Source: a virus (lineage: Duplodnaviria; Heunggongvirae; Uroviricota; Caudoviricetes). From it: 28,857 nt of DNA. A program made the translations under genes and the position numbers. This document shows, piece by piece, positions 9,754 through 19,091 of this stretch. The stretch's first letter is position 1; the number at the start of each line of letters is the position of its first letter. Location: IMG/VR virus record IMGVR_UViG_2585427793_000015, positions 1 to 28,857 of that record. One strand, written 5' to 3'. The notes beneath the pieces were generated by a model, which saw only the letters and a program-made list of their open reading frames with translations, was not told the DNA's origin and did no database searches.

Positions 9754-10330
9754 GGATCACGTCGTTAATCTCAGTATGTTCACCGCTACGCAGCGTTGTC
9801 CCGAGGCGCAGGAAGTCCGGGAGAGCGGCGAGATCAATCTCTTCATCCAGCTGAAATTCCTGCTCCCACGTCACCGCCCACATGGTGACGCCCAGCCCGT
9901 CGAGGCTGGCGGAGTAAATGTTGTCTGCCCGCACGTCAGCAGCCATGCGTTCAGCCCCCATGCCCGCTGTGGCATCTGACGACAGCAGACGTTTGATCAC
10001 CTTCCCGGCCAGCACTTCACAGCGCACGTCGCGGGAGTACCCCCACGAATCCGTCGCCATGATGTAAGCCACCCAGGTGACCAGACCGGACAGCCCGCCG
10101 CGCGGGTTAATATCCCGGACGCGCAGGGCAGCTACCCGGATACAGCCGGTGCGACCGGACAGATAGCGTTTCACTTCATCGGGGCTGTTGAACTGGCCGA
10201 TGTGACGCTCCACCACGTCGGCCCGGTCAGGGGTGTTTCCCTGAAGCGCTGTTTTCAGCCAGGCCACAATGCGCTCTGCGGCCGCAACTGTGCTCCCCGG
10301 TGTGCGCAGTTCAGGGCGTTGTTCTGTCAT
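9719..10330 (-). CDS. Head-tail joining/completion protein, Mu gp37-like
   Basis: 203-aa ORF, ATGA-type overlap with the upstream gene; synteny between head and sheath genes. Confidence 0.5.
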   Translation of the reverse strand: MTEQRPELRTPGSTVAAAERIVAWLKTALQGNTPDRADVVERHIGQFNSPDEVKRYLSGRTGCIRVAALRVRDINPRGGLSGLVTWVAYIMATDSWGYSRDVRCEVLAGKVIKRLLSSDATAGMGAERMAADVRADNIYSASLDGLGVTMWAVTWEQEFQLDEEIDLAALPDFLRLGTTLRSGEHTEINDVIHVRGDDGTETD

Positions 10331-10872
10331 GGCAGAACCTCCTTCCAGAAATGACTGATAACCTGTTGCAGCTCCTGCTGGTTGGCAGAAGACAGCCCCA
10401 GAAATTCACGTTGCGGAATGTTCATCATTCGGTTATGTGCGCCGACGGTCTGCCAGACCGGATATTTCAGCGCCCGCCCGAAACACTGCGAGATAAGCCG
10501 CTTGTGGGCGCTGACCGGCACACTGCCGGAAAAGCCGTCATTCATGATGCGGGCATAATCCAGCGGTGAACCGATACGCACCACGCGGTTTTCCACAATG
10601 TACTGGATACTCTCCAGTAGATGACCTTCACCGCGCAGCAGACTCTGGTTGCCGTGGCGGGGCTTTTTGTACCCGTCAGACCAGTCCGGCCAGCGTTCGC
10701 CACCCGGACTGGTTTTCTCATCGATGATGCGGCGGCGGGTCTGTGATTCCACCACCGCACCGATGCTTTCCAGCAGCTCTGCCTGCAATGAACCATCTGC
10801 CAGCTTTTCAACGGCACGGCGGATATCCTCCAGCCGCTGGTCACCGCTGACCTGTACAGAAATCCCCATCAC
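10327..10872 (-). CDS. Phage virion morphogenesis protein (Mu G / P2 S-like family)
   Basis: 181-aa ORF with an N-terminal pattern typical of virion morphogenesis/tail completion proteins (GDQRLEDIRRAVEKLAD...IGAVVESQTRRRI); sits among head-completion genes. Confidence 0.55.
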   Translation of the reverse strand: MMGISVQVSGDQRLEDIRRAVEKLADGSLQAELLESIGAVVESQTRRRIIDEKTSPGGERWPDWSDGYKKPRHGNQSLLRGEGHLLESIQYIVENRVVRIGSPLDYARIMNDGFSGSVPVSAHKRLISQCFGRALKYPVWQTVGAHNRMMNIPQREFLGLSSANQQELQQVISHFWKEVLP

Positions 10873-11306
10873 AGCCCCCCTTTCAGGTTGTTACGGGTGA
10901 ACAGCCGGGCATTGGCACCCACCACAATGATCTTCCCGTGGTCGGTTTCTGCCGGGGTGGCATACGTCGGCAGACCCAGGTCACGGGTGCCGTTCGCCAT
11001 CTCACGCAGGGTTTTAATGGCGTCGTCGTAGCGTTTCTGGATCAGCTCCGTGATTTGATTGTCACGCTCTGACAACCAGTAAAACGCCAGCGATACCGCC
11101 ACGCGTTGCAGCGGGCGCGGGATTTCCGTCACTCCCAGCGGCAGCGGGTAGCGGCGGGGCAGAAACGAATCAATTTCCGCTTCGGCATCACTGATGGCCT
11201 GACGGATTTTGTCTTCATCCAGTTCGTTGGTTTCCCGGTTAATCGCCATGTTCCAGACAAGATTGCCGTCCGCGCGTAACAGGTCTTCCTGCGTGATATA
11301 CCCCAT
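10869..11306 (-). CDS. Head completion/connector protein, Mu gp36-like (DUF1320-like)
   Basis: 145-aa ORF; 4-bp overlap with the downstream gene; synteny after the major head gene. Confidence 0.5.
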   Translation of the reverse strand: MGYITQEDLLRADGNLVWNMAINRETNELDEDKIRQAISDAEAEIDSFLPRRYPLPLGVTEIPRPLQRVAVSLAFYWLSERDNQITELIQKRYDDAIKTLREMANGTRDLGLPTYATPAETDHGKIIVVGANARLFTRNNLKGGL

Positions 11307-11617
11307 CAGCCTTTCTCCGCTTCCCGGACAATCAGATTCGGTTCAGCCATCAGGCGGGTGGCAACCGCAGCGGTCACCGCCACATCCTCACCGGCATGTG
11401 ACCAGAAACGGCCACAGCGCCAGAACCCGTTTTCAGACACGGCCCGGACGTTCAGCCGGACAGGGGCGTCACCCTGTACAGCAGCCGGGGCTTCAGCCGG
11501 ACGTGGTTCATTCGCCTGACCGTCAGCCACAATAACGTCTGCCAGCGGTGCCGGGTTTTCCTGTGCTGCGCTGTTCTTTGCGGCTTTCGCGCCTTTGGTT
11601 CCTGCTTTTTCACTCAT
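11306..11617 (-). CDS. Hypothetical head-associated protein (Mu gp35 position)
   Basis: 103-aa ORF with an Ala/Pro-rich N-terminus, immediately after the major head gene and its downstream hairpins. Confidence 0.45.
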   Translation of the reverse strand: MSEKAGTKGAKAAKNSAAQENPAPLADVIVADGQANEPRPAEAPAAVQGDAPVRLNVRAVSENGFWRCGRFWSHAGEDVAVTAAVATRLMAEPNLIVREAEKG

Positions 11618-11621
11618 GACT

Positions 11622-11670
11622 CTGCCTTTTAAAAGGCAGTTAAAAGGGCATTCACAGCGCCTTTTAACTG
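11622..11670 (-). terminator. Stem-loops downstream of the major head gene (attenuator-like)
   Basis: Perfect 18-bp palindrome CTGCCTTTTAAAAGGCAG (11622-11639) overlapping an inverted repeat CAGTTAAAAGG-N12-CCTTTTAACTG (11637-11670), in the 78-bp gap after the T stop; only a short T4 tract follows. Confidence 0.45.
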
Positions 11671-11695
11671 CGGGTTACAGATTACGGATGACGGG

Positions 11696-12598
11696 TTATG
11701 CCGGGGTGGTGATGAACGGACTGACCACGATGTCCACATCCTTGTACCAGATGTTGGAATCGCCGCCGTTAACCAGCATGGCGTCAATGATGCGCTTCGC
11801 GGCTGCACGGTTTTTCGGCCCCACCACAAGGGTGGTCGGGCGGATGCCCAGCGGTTCACCGTTGGTAGCCTTCATACCCAGCAGCAGATTGCTGGCCTTC
11901 TCGTAGTTCTCCGCTGTCAGTGCCGCACGGGAACCGACGGCGGTCTGCCAGAAGCCGAAGCCCGCATTGCAGCGACCGTCCACCCCGTAAAGGAACTCGT
12001 TATTCTTGAAGGTGTGCTCGCTGTTCAGATCATCCAGGGCTTCAAACTTAAAGGCGCGTCGCGTCTGCCAGATGATGGGTTTCAGTACCTGAGAATCATC
12101 AATCAGGAACCACGGTTCTCCCTGGTCTGATGCCGGGGTGCCGACAACGTTGCTGCAGGTGCCGTCGCCCAGCGGGTGGTCTTCATCAAAGAAGTTCTGA
12201 CCGTCAAAACACAGGGTGTTAAACCCGGCACACAGCAGGGGGTAACACAGCTTGTCCGGGAACTCCGACGTCTGGCGGCCATAGCGTTCAGCGATAATGC
12301 TGTACTGACCAATCTGATCGTCTTCAATGTGTTCGCGTTTAACGCGGATCGAACTTTCCCAGGTTTTGTTCGCAAGGGTGTAACCATAACCGTCCAGCGT
12401 TGCCATCTGACGGGCGCTGACCCATTCTTTAATCTCCGGTAAATCCTTCATCCAGCCGTAGGTATTGGAGGCGGACGAACTCGGGATTTCAGAGGCGATA
12501 CGCTGCCACTGTGGGGTGACACCACTCAGACCACGGGTATAAGCGGCGCTCAGACAGGTGGTCAGCGCGTGAAGGACTTCGGAAGTGACTGCTCCCAT
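11696..12598 (-). CDS. Major head subunit (Mu gpT-like)
   Basis: 300-aa ORF directly after the protease/scaffold gene (1-nt overlap); followed by stem-loops, as often seen after major capsid genes. Confidence 0.85.
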   Translation of the reverse strand: MGAVTSEVLHALTTCLSAAYTRGLSGVTPQWQRIASEIPSSSASNTYGWMKDLPEIKEWVSARQMATLDGYGYTLANKTWESSIRVKREHIEDDQIGQYSIIAERYGRQTSEFPDKLCYPLLCAGFNTLCFDGQNFFDEDHPLGDGTCSNVVGTPASDQGEPWFLIDDSQVLKPIIWQTRRAFKFEALDDLNSEHTFKNNEFLYGVDGRCNAGFGFWQTAVGSRAALTAENYEKASNLLLGMKATNGEPLGIRPTTLVVGPKNRAAAKRIIDAMLVNGGDSNIWYKDVDIVVSPFITTPA

Positions 12599-13560
12599 CA
12601 GTTATTCTCCTGTTTTGGTTTAGCGGCGAGGAACTCTTCCCCGGTAATACCCATGCTGCGGCACATCGCCAGTTCGGCGTCGGTCAGTGTCTGCACGGGT
12701 TTATCCTTGCCCTGGCTGGGCTTGTCGTTGTTCACCAGCGGCTGTGCACCTCTGGTGTACTCCGCAAACTGTTTGCGGCCTTCTTCCGTACGGCAGGTGG
12801 CAAGGAACATGTCACGGTTTGCCGGGGCCACTTTTCCGGCTTCGATGGCCGCATCCACAAGCGCTTCTGCTTCCTTCTCTTCCAGTTGCTGAAGGCGTTG
12901 TTCTGCGGTTTCGGCACGGTTCAGTGCCAGATTGTGGGTTTCCACCGGCACAAACTTCGTCAGGTCAGGTGTCTGTGCGCGGTTCAGCGCCACCTGTTCG
13001 TTCTCCTGAAGTTGTTTAATGGCAGCCACGGTATCGTCCACCGTGGCGGATTCAGCCAGCCCAAGCAGGCCGGTGATTTGCACAGGTACTGTCATCGGGT
13101 TTTTCTCCGTATTCAGTGCAGGAAAATCCAGGTTAGGTTTATTGGTCAGCCCGACGCTGGACAGGCGTGTCACCGCACCGTCCGCGTCAAAGAAAAACGC
13201 CGGGCTGTAATAGCGGTAGCGGCGCTCGCTCAGCATCCACCGGGCGGACTCACTCCAGACAACACGGCCTTCAATGGTGCTGCTGTCCGTCACCCGCAGT
13301 TCTTCCACCCAGCCATACGCCGGAGCATCTTCCCCCCGCGGGCCTTTAATTTCGGTGGCGTGTTCAATGTCCACCGGAATTTTGATGTCGGACGAACGGG
13401 CAACCACCTCATGTGGATTGCGGTTAATCCACGTCCGGCCATCGCGCCCGGTGAACTCACCCGCAGGGACGAGTTCAAGCCATTCCGGCAGTTGAGCGGG
13501 TGTCAGCTCATTGATGGGTTCTGGCAGGGAAAAACACAGCGCCAGCAGTTCCGGTTGCAT
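12598..13560 (-). CDS. Head maturation protease / scaffold (Mu gpI/Z-like)
   Basis: 320-aa ORF with an N-terminal Mu I protease-like region and a C-terminal coiled-coil-like scaffold region; precedes the major head gene. Confidence 0.8.
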   Translation of the reverse strand: MQPELLALCFSLPEPINELTPAQLPEWLELVPAGEFTGRDGRTWINRNPHEVVARSSDIKIPVDIEHATEIKGPRGEDAPAYGWVEELRVTDSSTIEGRVVWSESARWMLSERRYRYYSPAFFFDADGAVTRLSSVGLTNKPNLDFPALNTEKNPMTVPVQITGLLGLAESATVDDTVAAIKQLQENEQVALNRAQTPDLTKFVPVETHNLALNRAETAEQRLQQLEEKEAEALVDAAIEAGKVAPANRDMFLATCRTEEGRKQFAEYTRGAQPLVNNDKPSQGKDKPVQTLTDAELAMCRSMGITGEEFLAAKPKQENN

Positions 13561-13582
13561 GTCAGTCTCCGTCGTTTGGGGT

Positions 13583-13597
13583 TACTGACGGTCAGTA
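13583..13597 (-). promoter_or_regulatory. Palindrome TACTGAC-G-GTCAGTA in the protease I leader
   Basis: Perfect 7-bp arms, ~25 nt upstream of the I start codon. Confidence 0.35.
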
Positions 13598-13609
13598 TGC
13601 GGAAGGCAG

Positions 13610-13633
13610 AAAAAAAGCCGGATTTACCGGCTT
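13610..13633 (-). promoter_or_regulatory. Conserved dyad element AAGCCGG-N5-CCGGCTT plus T7 run, copy 2 (upstream of protease I)
   Basis: Near-identical ~40-bp sequence to copy 1 (CA.TGAAGCCGGTAAATCCGGCTTTTTTT.TGCCT.CG); centred ~64 bp upstream of the I start. Confidence 0.6.
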
Positions 13634-13656
13634 CACTGAAAACGGGAAGAATACCC

Positions 13657-13697
13657 CCTTCAAAACCCCTTCAAAAACGCCACAGCGCCTTCAAAAA
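13657..13697. repeat. Three direct repeats of CCTTCAAAA(A) in the F-I intergenic region
   Basis: Copies at 13657-13665, 13668-13677 and 13688-13697 within a 190-bp non-coding gap. Confidence 0.6.
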
Positions 13698-13750
13698 CGT
13701 CAGAATGCACATTCACGCCATCAGAATAAAAAACGCGTTTCTGATGCATT

Positions 13751-14539
13751 TCAGGGGGATTTACGGCGGGGGGGGTATTCACTGTCAAAACGGGCCTGTT
13801 TTGTCGCCAGCTGGCGCGCCAGCTCCTGCTCACGGTTTATGCCGGGATTGTAGTTCCAGCCCGGATCAATCCCTTCCGGCACATCTTCCTCTTCGCCCGT
13901 GCGTTTGTTCACCCAGCGGACAGTTCTGATTTCCGGCGCTTCGGTGTGAATGGTGCTCTGTGCCGCCAGTTGCGCATATTCACCACGGCTGACCTGACGG
14001 ATGGTGCATTTGCAGCCCCAGCCGTTAGGGGCAAAATGCGTCTGCCAGAACGGATGATCTACCGGCAGACACAGACGCGCCCATTTCACATGCTCCGCCC
14101 GGTGCTCGCGGGATGGCCCCAGCTCGTAAATCAGATACGGCATGGCCCGTTTTGTCCGCTGAATGCGTTCCCACTGGCCCGCTGCGCGGGCGGTGCGCAT
14201 GTTGGTATCAAAAATCGTGCGGAGGCGGCGGTCGCTGCCCAGCTGTACGGTGCGCGTTTCTCCTGTCAGCGGATCATCCATCTCCTGTACGCCCCACCAT
14301 CCGCGTTTTATCAGCAGCGGTTGCAGCGCCTCCCGGAACTCACTGAACGTCTGCCCGCTTTGCAGGGCGTCTTCCACAAGGGCTTTCACATCCGACAACA
14401 AATCCAGTTGCAGCATTTTTGCCACGGTGAAGCTGTTCCGGTGTTCTTCCCGCCACACATCCCGGTAATCAAAACCGGGGCGCAGCTTCTTCGCCTTCAG
14501 CCACGCCAGCGCCTCTTTCGGGATGAGGGTTTCACGCAT
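13751..14539 (-). CDS. Head morphogenesis protein, Mu F-like (SPP1 gp7 family)
   Basis: Start set to the internal ATG at 14539 (MRETLIPKE...), which overlaps the portal stop as ATGCGTGA; contains an NGWGCKCT motif characteristic of the Mu F / SPP1 gp7 family. Confidence 0.8.
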   Translation of the reverse strand: MRETLIPKEALAWLKAKKLRPGFDYRDVWREEHRNSFTVAKMLQLDLLSDVKALVEDALQSGQTFSEFREALQPLLIKRGWWGVQEMDDPLTGETRTVQLGSDRRLRTIFDTNMRTARAAGQWERIQRTKRAMPYLIYELGPSREHRAEHVKWARLCLPVDHPFWQTHFAPNGWGCKCTIRQVSRGEYAQLAAQSTIHTEAPEIRTVRWVNKRTGEEEDVPEGIDPGWNYNPGINREQELARQLATKQARFDSEYPPRRKSP

Positions 14540-16103
14540 GAGCAGTGTCTCCCAGTGCTCGCGCCTTAAAGCACACCTCTGCCAGTTGCAGGGCAAAGTC
14601 GTCCGCGTTCAGCGTTTCCTGAAGCTCAGGCAGGCGTTTCAGAAAGTCATCAAAACTGTCGCATTCCTGCGCCAGTGTCAGCACCGGGTTCGTGAACGCC
14701 TCGCCGGTTTTCTGCCAGTCACGCAGGGCATCATCCACCATCTGTGCCAGTTCGTCGGGGTGTTCCCGGTTCAGGGCGACGCGCTCACGGTTCATCGCCA
14801 TATCACCTGGCACCCCGGCGGACACCGGATGCAGAACATCAGCCCCGTCGTCCGGTTCAGCCAGGCCGAACCGGTCCCGCAGCTCCGATTCCTGAACCCG
14901 CAGCCCCCGGTCAATCAGCGGCACCAGAGCATCTGTCAGCGCCTTCAGATCTTCTGCTTCACTGATACGCAGAACAACGCGGGGATAGTGCGCCTGTGGC
15001 CCGTAGTTGGCCTCGATGTAGGGCCGCACCAGATATTCATTCAGCGTGTTAGCCAGCTGCCGCGCGTCCCAGCGCACAATGTCCATGCGCACCTGATTGT
15101 GCACGTCCGCCTGTGAACGCGAACTGCCGTTATCCGTGGTCATGGTCTGCCCCAGCACAGCCTTACTGATTTGCGCATCACACCATTCCGCCATTTCACG
15201 GAACAGTGCGCCGCCGTTATTCCGGCTGGCGGTTTCCTGCATCTCCAGTTGCATGGACTGCGGAATGGCACACCCGGCATCCGAGGCAATGGACGCAATC
15301 GCGTCAATCAGTACGCGGATTTGCTCCTCCGTGGCGTTGGGACCGTATTTCCCTACCGTAACCGGAATGCCGAACTTTTCCGCAAATGCCCACCAGTCGC
15401 GCACGGTAAAGGATTTCAGCATGTACATTACCGCCACCAGACGGGCCAGACCGTTACGCAGCGGCAGACCGGATTTCAGACGCGGCTGGTGAACAATGAA
15501 TTTTCCCGGTGTCAGCGGTACGCCATCCACCGGCTCATCGTCAGTCAGCAGGCGGAACTGGCGCAGCGTGGGCTTTTCGGCTTTCAGAAAACGGGGATCA
15601 ACCCACTCATAATCACGGGGCACCCAGTGGTTGTTGCGGGTGTTCCAGAGAATTTCACAGACCGCCACACCTTTTCCCAGCCCGTCGAGCAAGTCAAACA
15701 ACAGTTCGGGAATTTGCGGAGCGTCCATCAGCGCCCGGATGGCGTCCGCCAGCTGCACGTCGGCATCGTCATCACTGGCGGCAACCACCACCGGTTCGAT
15801 ACCGGCTACCGTCAGCTTGCGGGTGCGCAACACCGAAGCGTAATGCAAATCGCGTTCTTCCATCTCTTCGGCAAGGATAAAAAAATCACGTGTGATGCCG
15901 TCGGCGGCATTGCGCAGAATACCTGCCAGCCTGCCGGGATTCAGCCCGGAAGCGATACTGATGCCCGGCGAGGCCGAGCGCACCCCCGCCTGACGCGGAC
16001 GGGCCTGTACTTCATCGAGCCTCTCTTTTTTCAGCGTATCTTCCTCACCGGTTGCCGGGTTCAGCAGACGGCGAACGGCTCCGGCCAGTTGTTTCAGGTT
16101 CAC
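14532..16103 (-). CDS. Portal protein (Mu gp29 H-like)
   Basis: 523-aa ORF, ATGA overlap with the terminase large subunit stop; size and synteny. Confidence 0.8.
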   Translation of the reverse strand: MNLKQLAGAVRRLLNPATGEEDTLKKERLDEVQARPRQAGVRSASPGISIASGLNPGRLAGILRNAADGITRDFFILAEEMEERDLHYASVLRTRKLTVAGIEPVVVAASDDDADVQLADAIRALMDAPQIPELLFDLLDGLGKGVAVCEILWNTRNNHWVPRDYEWVDPRFLKAEKPTLRQFRLLTDDEPVDGVPLTPGKFIVHQPRLKSGLPLRNGLARLVAVMYMLKSFTVRDWWAFAEKFGIPVTVGKYGPNATEEQIRVLIDAIASIASDAGCAIPQSMQLEMQETASRNNGGALFREMAEWCDAQISKAVLGQTMTTDNGSSRSQADVHNQVRMDIVRWDARQLANTLNEYLVRPYIEANYGPQAHYPRVVLRISEAEDLKALTDALVPLIDRGLRVQESELRDRFGLAEPDDGADVLHPVSAGVPGDMAMNRERVALNREHPDELAQMVDDALRDWQKTGEAFTNPVLTLAQECDSFDDFLKRLPELQETLNADDFALQLAEVCFKARALGDTAHA

Positions 16104-17635
16104 AGTAAACCTCCCTCATTTTTCAGGCCGCGTGTCAGCTTCATCTGGCGGCGCGTGTTGCCTTCTTCCGGTTTCGCCGGGCGGTTCAGGCGGTGCAGCT
16201 CGTAACGGTGGCAGTCATCCTTACTGGCAAGGAAGCCCAGGAAAATGGCCACAGCGGCGTCGCCGTGACGCTTGCGGCCATCACTACCTTTAGTACGGGC
16301 ATCGTCAATGCCGGGAACACCACGCAGTAACTGAATGGCCCCGAGGTCATTGATCACGTCTTCATGCTTCGGAAGGATCAGCTCATCATCTTCAAACGCT
16401 GCACGGAAACGGGGCATGTTTTCGCGGTAGAACGCCACGGACAGCATCACCTGTTCCACCTCATCGCCGTACCGCTCCGCCGCCTGTTCTGCCAGATACT
16501 GACCATTCCCCCGTGCATCCATTTTGATACCGTCACGACGGGGCAGACGATCGCAAAGCCAGAACAGCACCTGCTCCTGCTGTTTAAACGGCACATTGCC
16601 AAGCTCAACCAGGAACGGCACCTCGCGGGTGGTGTCATCGTTCACCGTCACAGGGGCCAGTACGGTCAGGTCACCCGAACGCGCAAAGTCTTCCCCCAGA
16701 CAGTGGCGCAGGTTCTTCGGGAGTTTTTCCAGCTCGGGGCGCACCACCGTTTCCAGCCATTCCCGGATATCTGCCCGGCGCTGGCTTTCCGTCAGTGCGT
16801 TAAATTCCGGTGTGCCGGTAAAGCGCAACACTTTCCCGGTGCCACGGGCCGCACGTTCACGCAGTGAGCGGGGGATATACGTGCCGCCGCCGTTTTTCGG
16901 GACGCAGTAGTATTCCTCCAGGGCGTCTTCGCGGGTGGCGGTATTTCTCAGCAGACCTTCTTTCCATTCCGCCTCGGCCTCCGGTGACCACACCATGCCG
17001 CGCACCTGACAGATACGCCGGTACAGCCCGTCATTGCAGGCGTCATCCAGCGTGATGGTGTGAATGCGGTAATCCCGTTTTCCTGTGCGGCTTTCCTGAA
17101 TCAGCTGGTTAAACAGGTTGTCCACGCCGTCATGGGTGGAAATAAGGCGAATTTTGCCGCCCCATGTTTTCAGCGGCAGCACCGCCTTCAGCAGCTCGTC
17201 CAGTTTTTCATGGAACGCGGCCTCGTCGATGGTGACATTCCCCTGCATCCCGCGAATGTTGCTCGGGTTGCTGGACAGTGCCTTGACCTTAAAACCGCTG
17301 GCGAAGTACACGACGAACGTCAGAATGTCCTTGTCTTCGTCGGTGATCACTTCCTCGCAGATTTCTTCCGCTGCCGCATTAAACGCTTTCGCCCACATCG
17401 CCACGGCGTCGATAAATTCGCGGGCCATCTCCTTATTCGAACCGATATAAAAGTGATCGCGCCCGCCGAATTCCTTCTTCAGCGATGCCGTCAGTGCCGC
17501 ATCTGCCGCCTCCGCCCAGGTTAAACCGGTACGGCGGGGTTTCTCGGCAATTTTCAGGTCGGCATCATCCGCCACCCAACGTTTCTGATACGGCAGCAGA
17601 ACATCGGATTCACTGAACGTGTTCATCTGTGTCAT
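16100..17635 (-). CDS. Terminase large subunit (Mu gp28-like)
   Basis: 511-aa ORF upstream of and coupled to the portal gene; size and position. Confidence 0.8.
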   Translation of the reverse strand: MTQMNTFSESDVLLPYQKRWVADDADLKIAEKPRRTGLTWAEAADAALTASLKKEFGGRDHFYIGSNKEMAREFIDAVAMWAKAFNAAAEEICEEVITDEDKDILTFVVYFASGFKVKALSSNPSNIRGMQGNVTIDEAAFHEKLDELLKAVLPLKTWGGKIRLISTHDGVDNLFNQLIQESRTGKRDYRIHTITLDDACNDGLYRRICQVRGMVWSPEAEAEWKEGLLRNTATREDALEEYYCVPKNGGGTYIPRSLRERAARGTGKVLRFTGTPEFNALTESQRRADIREWLETVVRPELEKLPKNLRHCLGEDFARSGDLTVLAPVTVNDDTTREVPFLVELGNVPFKQQEQVLFWLCDRLPRRDGIKMDARGNGQYLAEQAAERYGDEVEQVMLSVAFYRENMPRFRAAFEDDELILPKHEDVINDLGAIQLLRGVPGIDDARTKGSDGRKRHGDAAVAIFLGFLASKDDCHRYELHRLNRPAKPEEGNTRRQMKLTRGLKNEGGLL

Positions 17636-18213
17636 GCGCTAATCCCCAGAAGTTCACGTTTGATGGTGTCAGCCGCACCACCTGACAGACCGCCCGTTCT
17701 GACCAGTTCTTCGGTTTTCTCTGCCATCTCCTGCGCAAACGCATCGCGGATCGCTTTCTCGCGTTTATGGCTGGGCATGGCTGCCGCTTCCAGACGCTGG
17801 GCAACCAGCGCCAGTTGGCCCAGCGCCTTCGGTGCAACGGGCTTGTCGTCTTCTGCCATCGACATGGACGTTTCAAAGGCCAGCGTTTTTACAAACTCCA
17901 TCAGCAGCTTGCCGACGTCTGATGTTGGCGCGGAACCCAGCTTTGCCGCCCAGACCTCGGCCATCTCGCGGGAGGCGCGGATTTTGGCCCCGACTTTTTC
18001 CATACGGCTGGCATAGCGGTTTAAGCCCGTCCGGCTTAACTGCATCTCTTCCGGCAGGTTGTGTTCGTCAATCAGGGCGTTGATGGCTTCGCGGATTTCT
18101 TCCTGCGTGTGCCGCTTTTCCCGCAGCATCTGATGTAACTGCTCCCGGATGCTGTCCGGGAGTAAATCCACTTTGGAAAGACGGCCACGGGTGGGGCGTT
18201 GTTCATTTTCCAT
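17632..18213 (-). CDS. Mu gp27-like protein (candidate terminase small subunit)
   Basis: 193-aa ORF, ATGA-coupled to the terminase large subunit; basic N-terminus (MENEQRPTRGRLSKVDLLPDSIREQL) consistent with a DNA-binding N-terminal domain. Confidence 0.55.
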   Translation of the reverse strand: MENEQRPTRGRLSKVDLLPDSIREQLHQMLREKRHTQEEIREAINALIDEHNLPEEMQLSRTGLNRYASRMEKVGAKIRASREMAEVWAAKLGSAPTSDVGKLLMEFVKTLAFETSMSMAEDDKPVAPKALGQLALVAQRLEAAAMPSHKREKAIRDAFAQEMAEKTEELVRTGGLSGGAADTIKRELLGISA

Positions 18214-18490
18214 CTTCAGACCTCTGCGTTTTCAGACCGGCGTATATTTCTTCACGAACGGACTGAATATCCTTACTTAACAGCTTCCACAGCCGCGCAC
18301 ATGCCGGTGATGATCGCAGGGCGCGTTTCATGGGGGTATCCGGTGCATCCGGGTTCCAGGGCTTTCCTGTCTGTTTTTCGTATGCACGGACAATGGCGTT
18401 TTGCTCAATATCTGCCAGCACAAGGCAGTACGCCAGTTGCCGCACGACGGCCCGTTCTCCGCGACTTAACGGCTTCAGTTTTCGGGCCAT
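18203..18490 (-). CDS. Hypothetical protein (Mu gp26 position)
   Basis: 95-aa ORF overlapping the gp27-like start by 11 bp. Confidence 0.45.
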   Translation of the reverse strand: MARKLKPLSRGERAVVRQLAYCLVLADIEQNAIVRAYEKQTGKPWNPDAPDTPMKRALRSSPACARLWKLLSKDIQSVREEIYAGLKTQRSEDGK

Positions 18491-18492
18491 GC

Positions 18493-18786
18493 TCAGTCCC
18501 TCGCACGGGGTTTTTTAACGCCCGGAACGCTGGACAGGCCGTTTGCCACATCCTCGCCGCTGCCGGTGATTTCAGCCACGTAACAGCCGCCCACATCAGA
18601 CAGACGAACCAGCCCCTGCTCGCGAAGCCATGCAAGCTGAGTGCGCACCACATCACGGGATACCTTATGACCGTAAGCCTGAAGGCAGGTCTGCAACACG
18701 GATTCATTCGCGCTGTCGCCACAGTCCAGCAGGGAACGCAGTAACACCAGACGACGGTCTTCAGTGAGGATCTCTTTCATCGCCAT
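18493..18786 (-). CDS. Hypothetical protein, possible winged-helix
   Basis: 97-aa ORF; the RTQLAWLREQGLV segment resembles a recognition helix/wing; 1-nt overlap with the upstream gene. Confidence 0.4.
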   Translation of the reverse strand: MAMKEILTEDRRLVLLRSLLDCGDSANESVLQTCLQAYGHKVSRDVVRTQLAWLREQGLVRLSDVGGCYVAEITGSGEDVANGLSSVPGVKKPRARD

Positions 18787-19091
18787 TAATTTTTTTCCTT
18801 TAACTCGTTCTCTAATAACAAATCGCTGATGCGGGATACCTGGCGGATGGATGGCCCCAGTTCTTTGATTTCTCCCCGCAGATTGCTGATATCCAGTTGC
18901 AGGCGGTGGAACTCATCACGGTCAGGTAAATGGTGTACCTGGCTTTCCATCACCGACACGCGGGAACGGAGTGAATCAAACTCTTCACGTTTGACGTAGG
19001 TTTTCGCCAGTATCAACTGAAGCAGGTTTATTCCTGTCATCAGCAATGCCCACAGAATGGGCCAGTTGGCTCTGATCATTTCCCAGGACAC
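18786..19091 (-). CDS. Membrane-anchored coiled-coil protein (i-spanin-like architecture)
   Basis: 101-aa ORF with an N-terminal hydrophobic segment (WPILWALLMTGINLLQLILA) followed by a charged helical region; architecture resembles type II inner-membrane spanin subunits. Confidence 0.4.
   Translation of the reverse strand: MSWEMIRANWPILWALLMTGINLLQLILAKTYVKREEFDSLRSRVSVMESQVHHLPDRDEFHRLQLDISNLRGEIKELGPSIRQVSRISDLLLENELKEKN

Noticed and set aside
11629-11859. 76-aa minus-strand ORF overlapping the 3' end of the major head gene
   Set aside because: Alternative frame inside a high-confidence gene, Trp/Arg/Ser-rich, no start context.
12886-13929. 347-aa plus-strand ORF
   Set aside because: Antisense to protease I and F, runs through the non-coding F-I gap, Arg/His/Gly-rich low-complexity translation. 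Shadow ORF.
13751-14596. 281-aa version of the F-like ORF
   Set aside because: The upstream ATG overlaps the portal 3' end by 64 nt; the ATG at 14539 overlaps the portal stop in classic coupled fashion.
15171-16205. 344-aa plus-strand ORF
   Set aside because: Antisense to the portal gene; composition typical of a GC-rich antisense frame.
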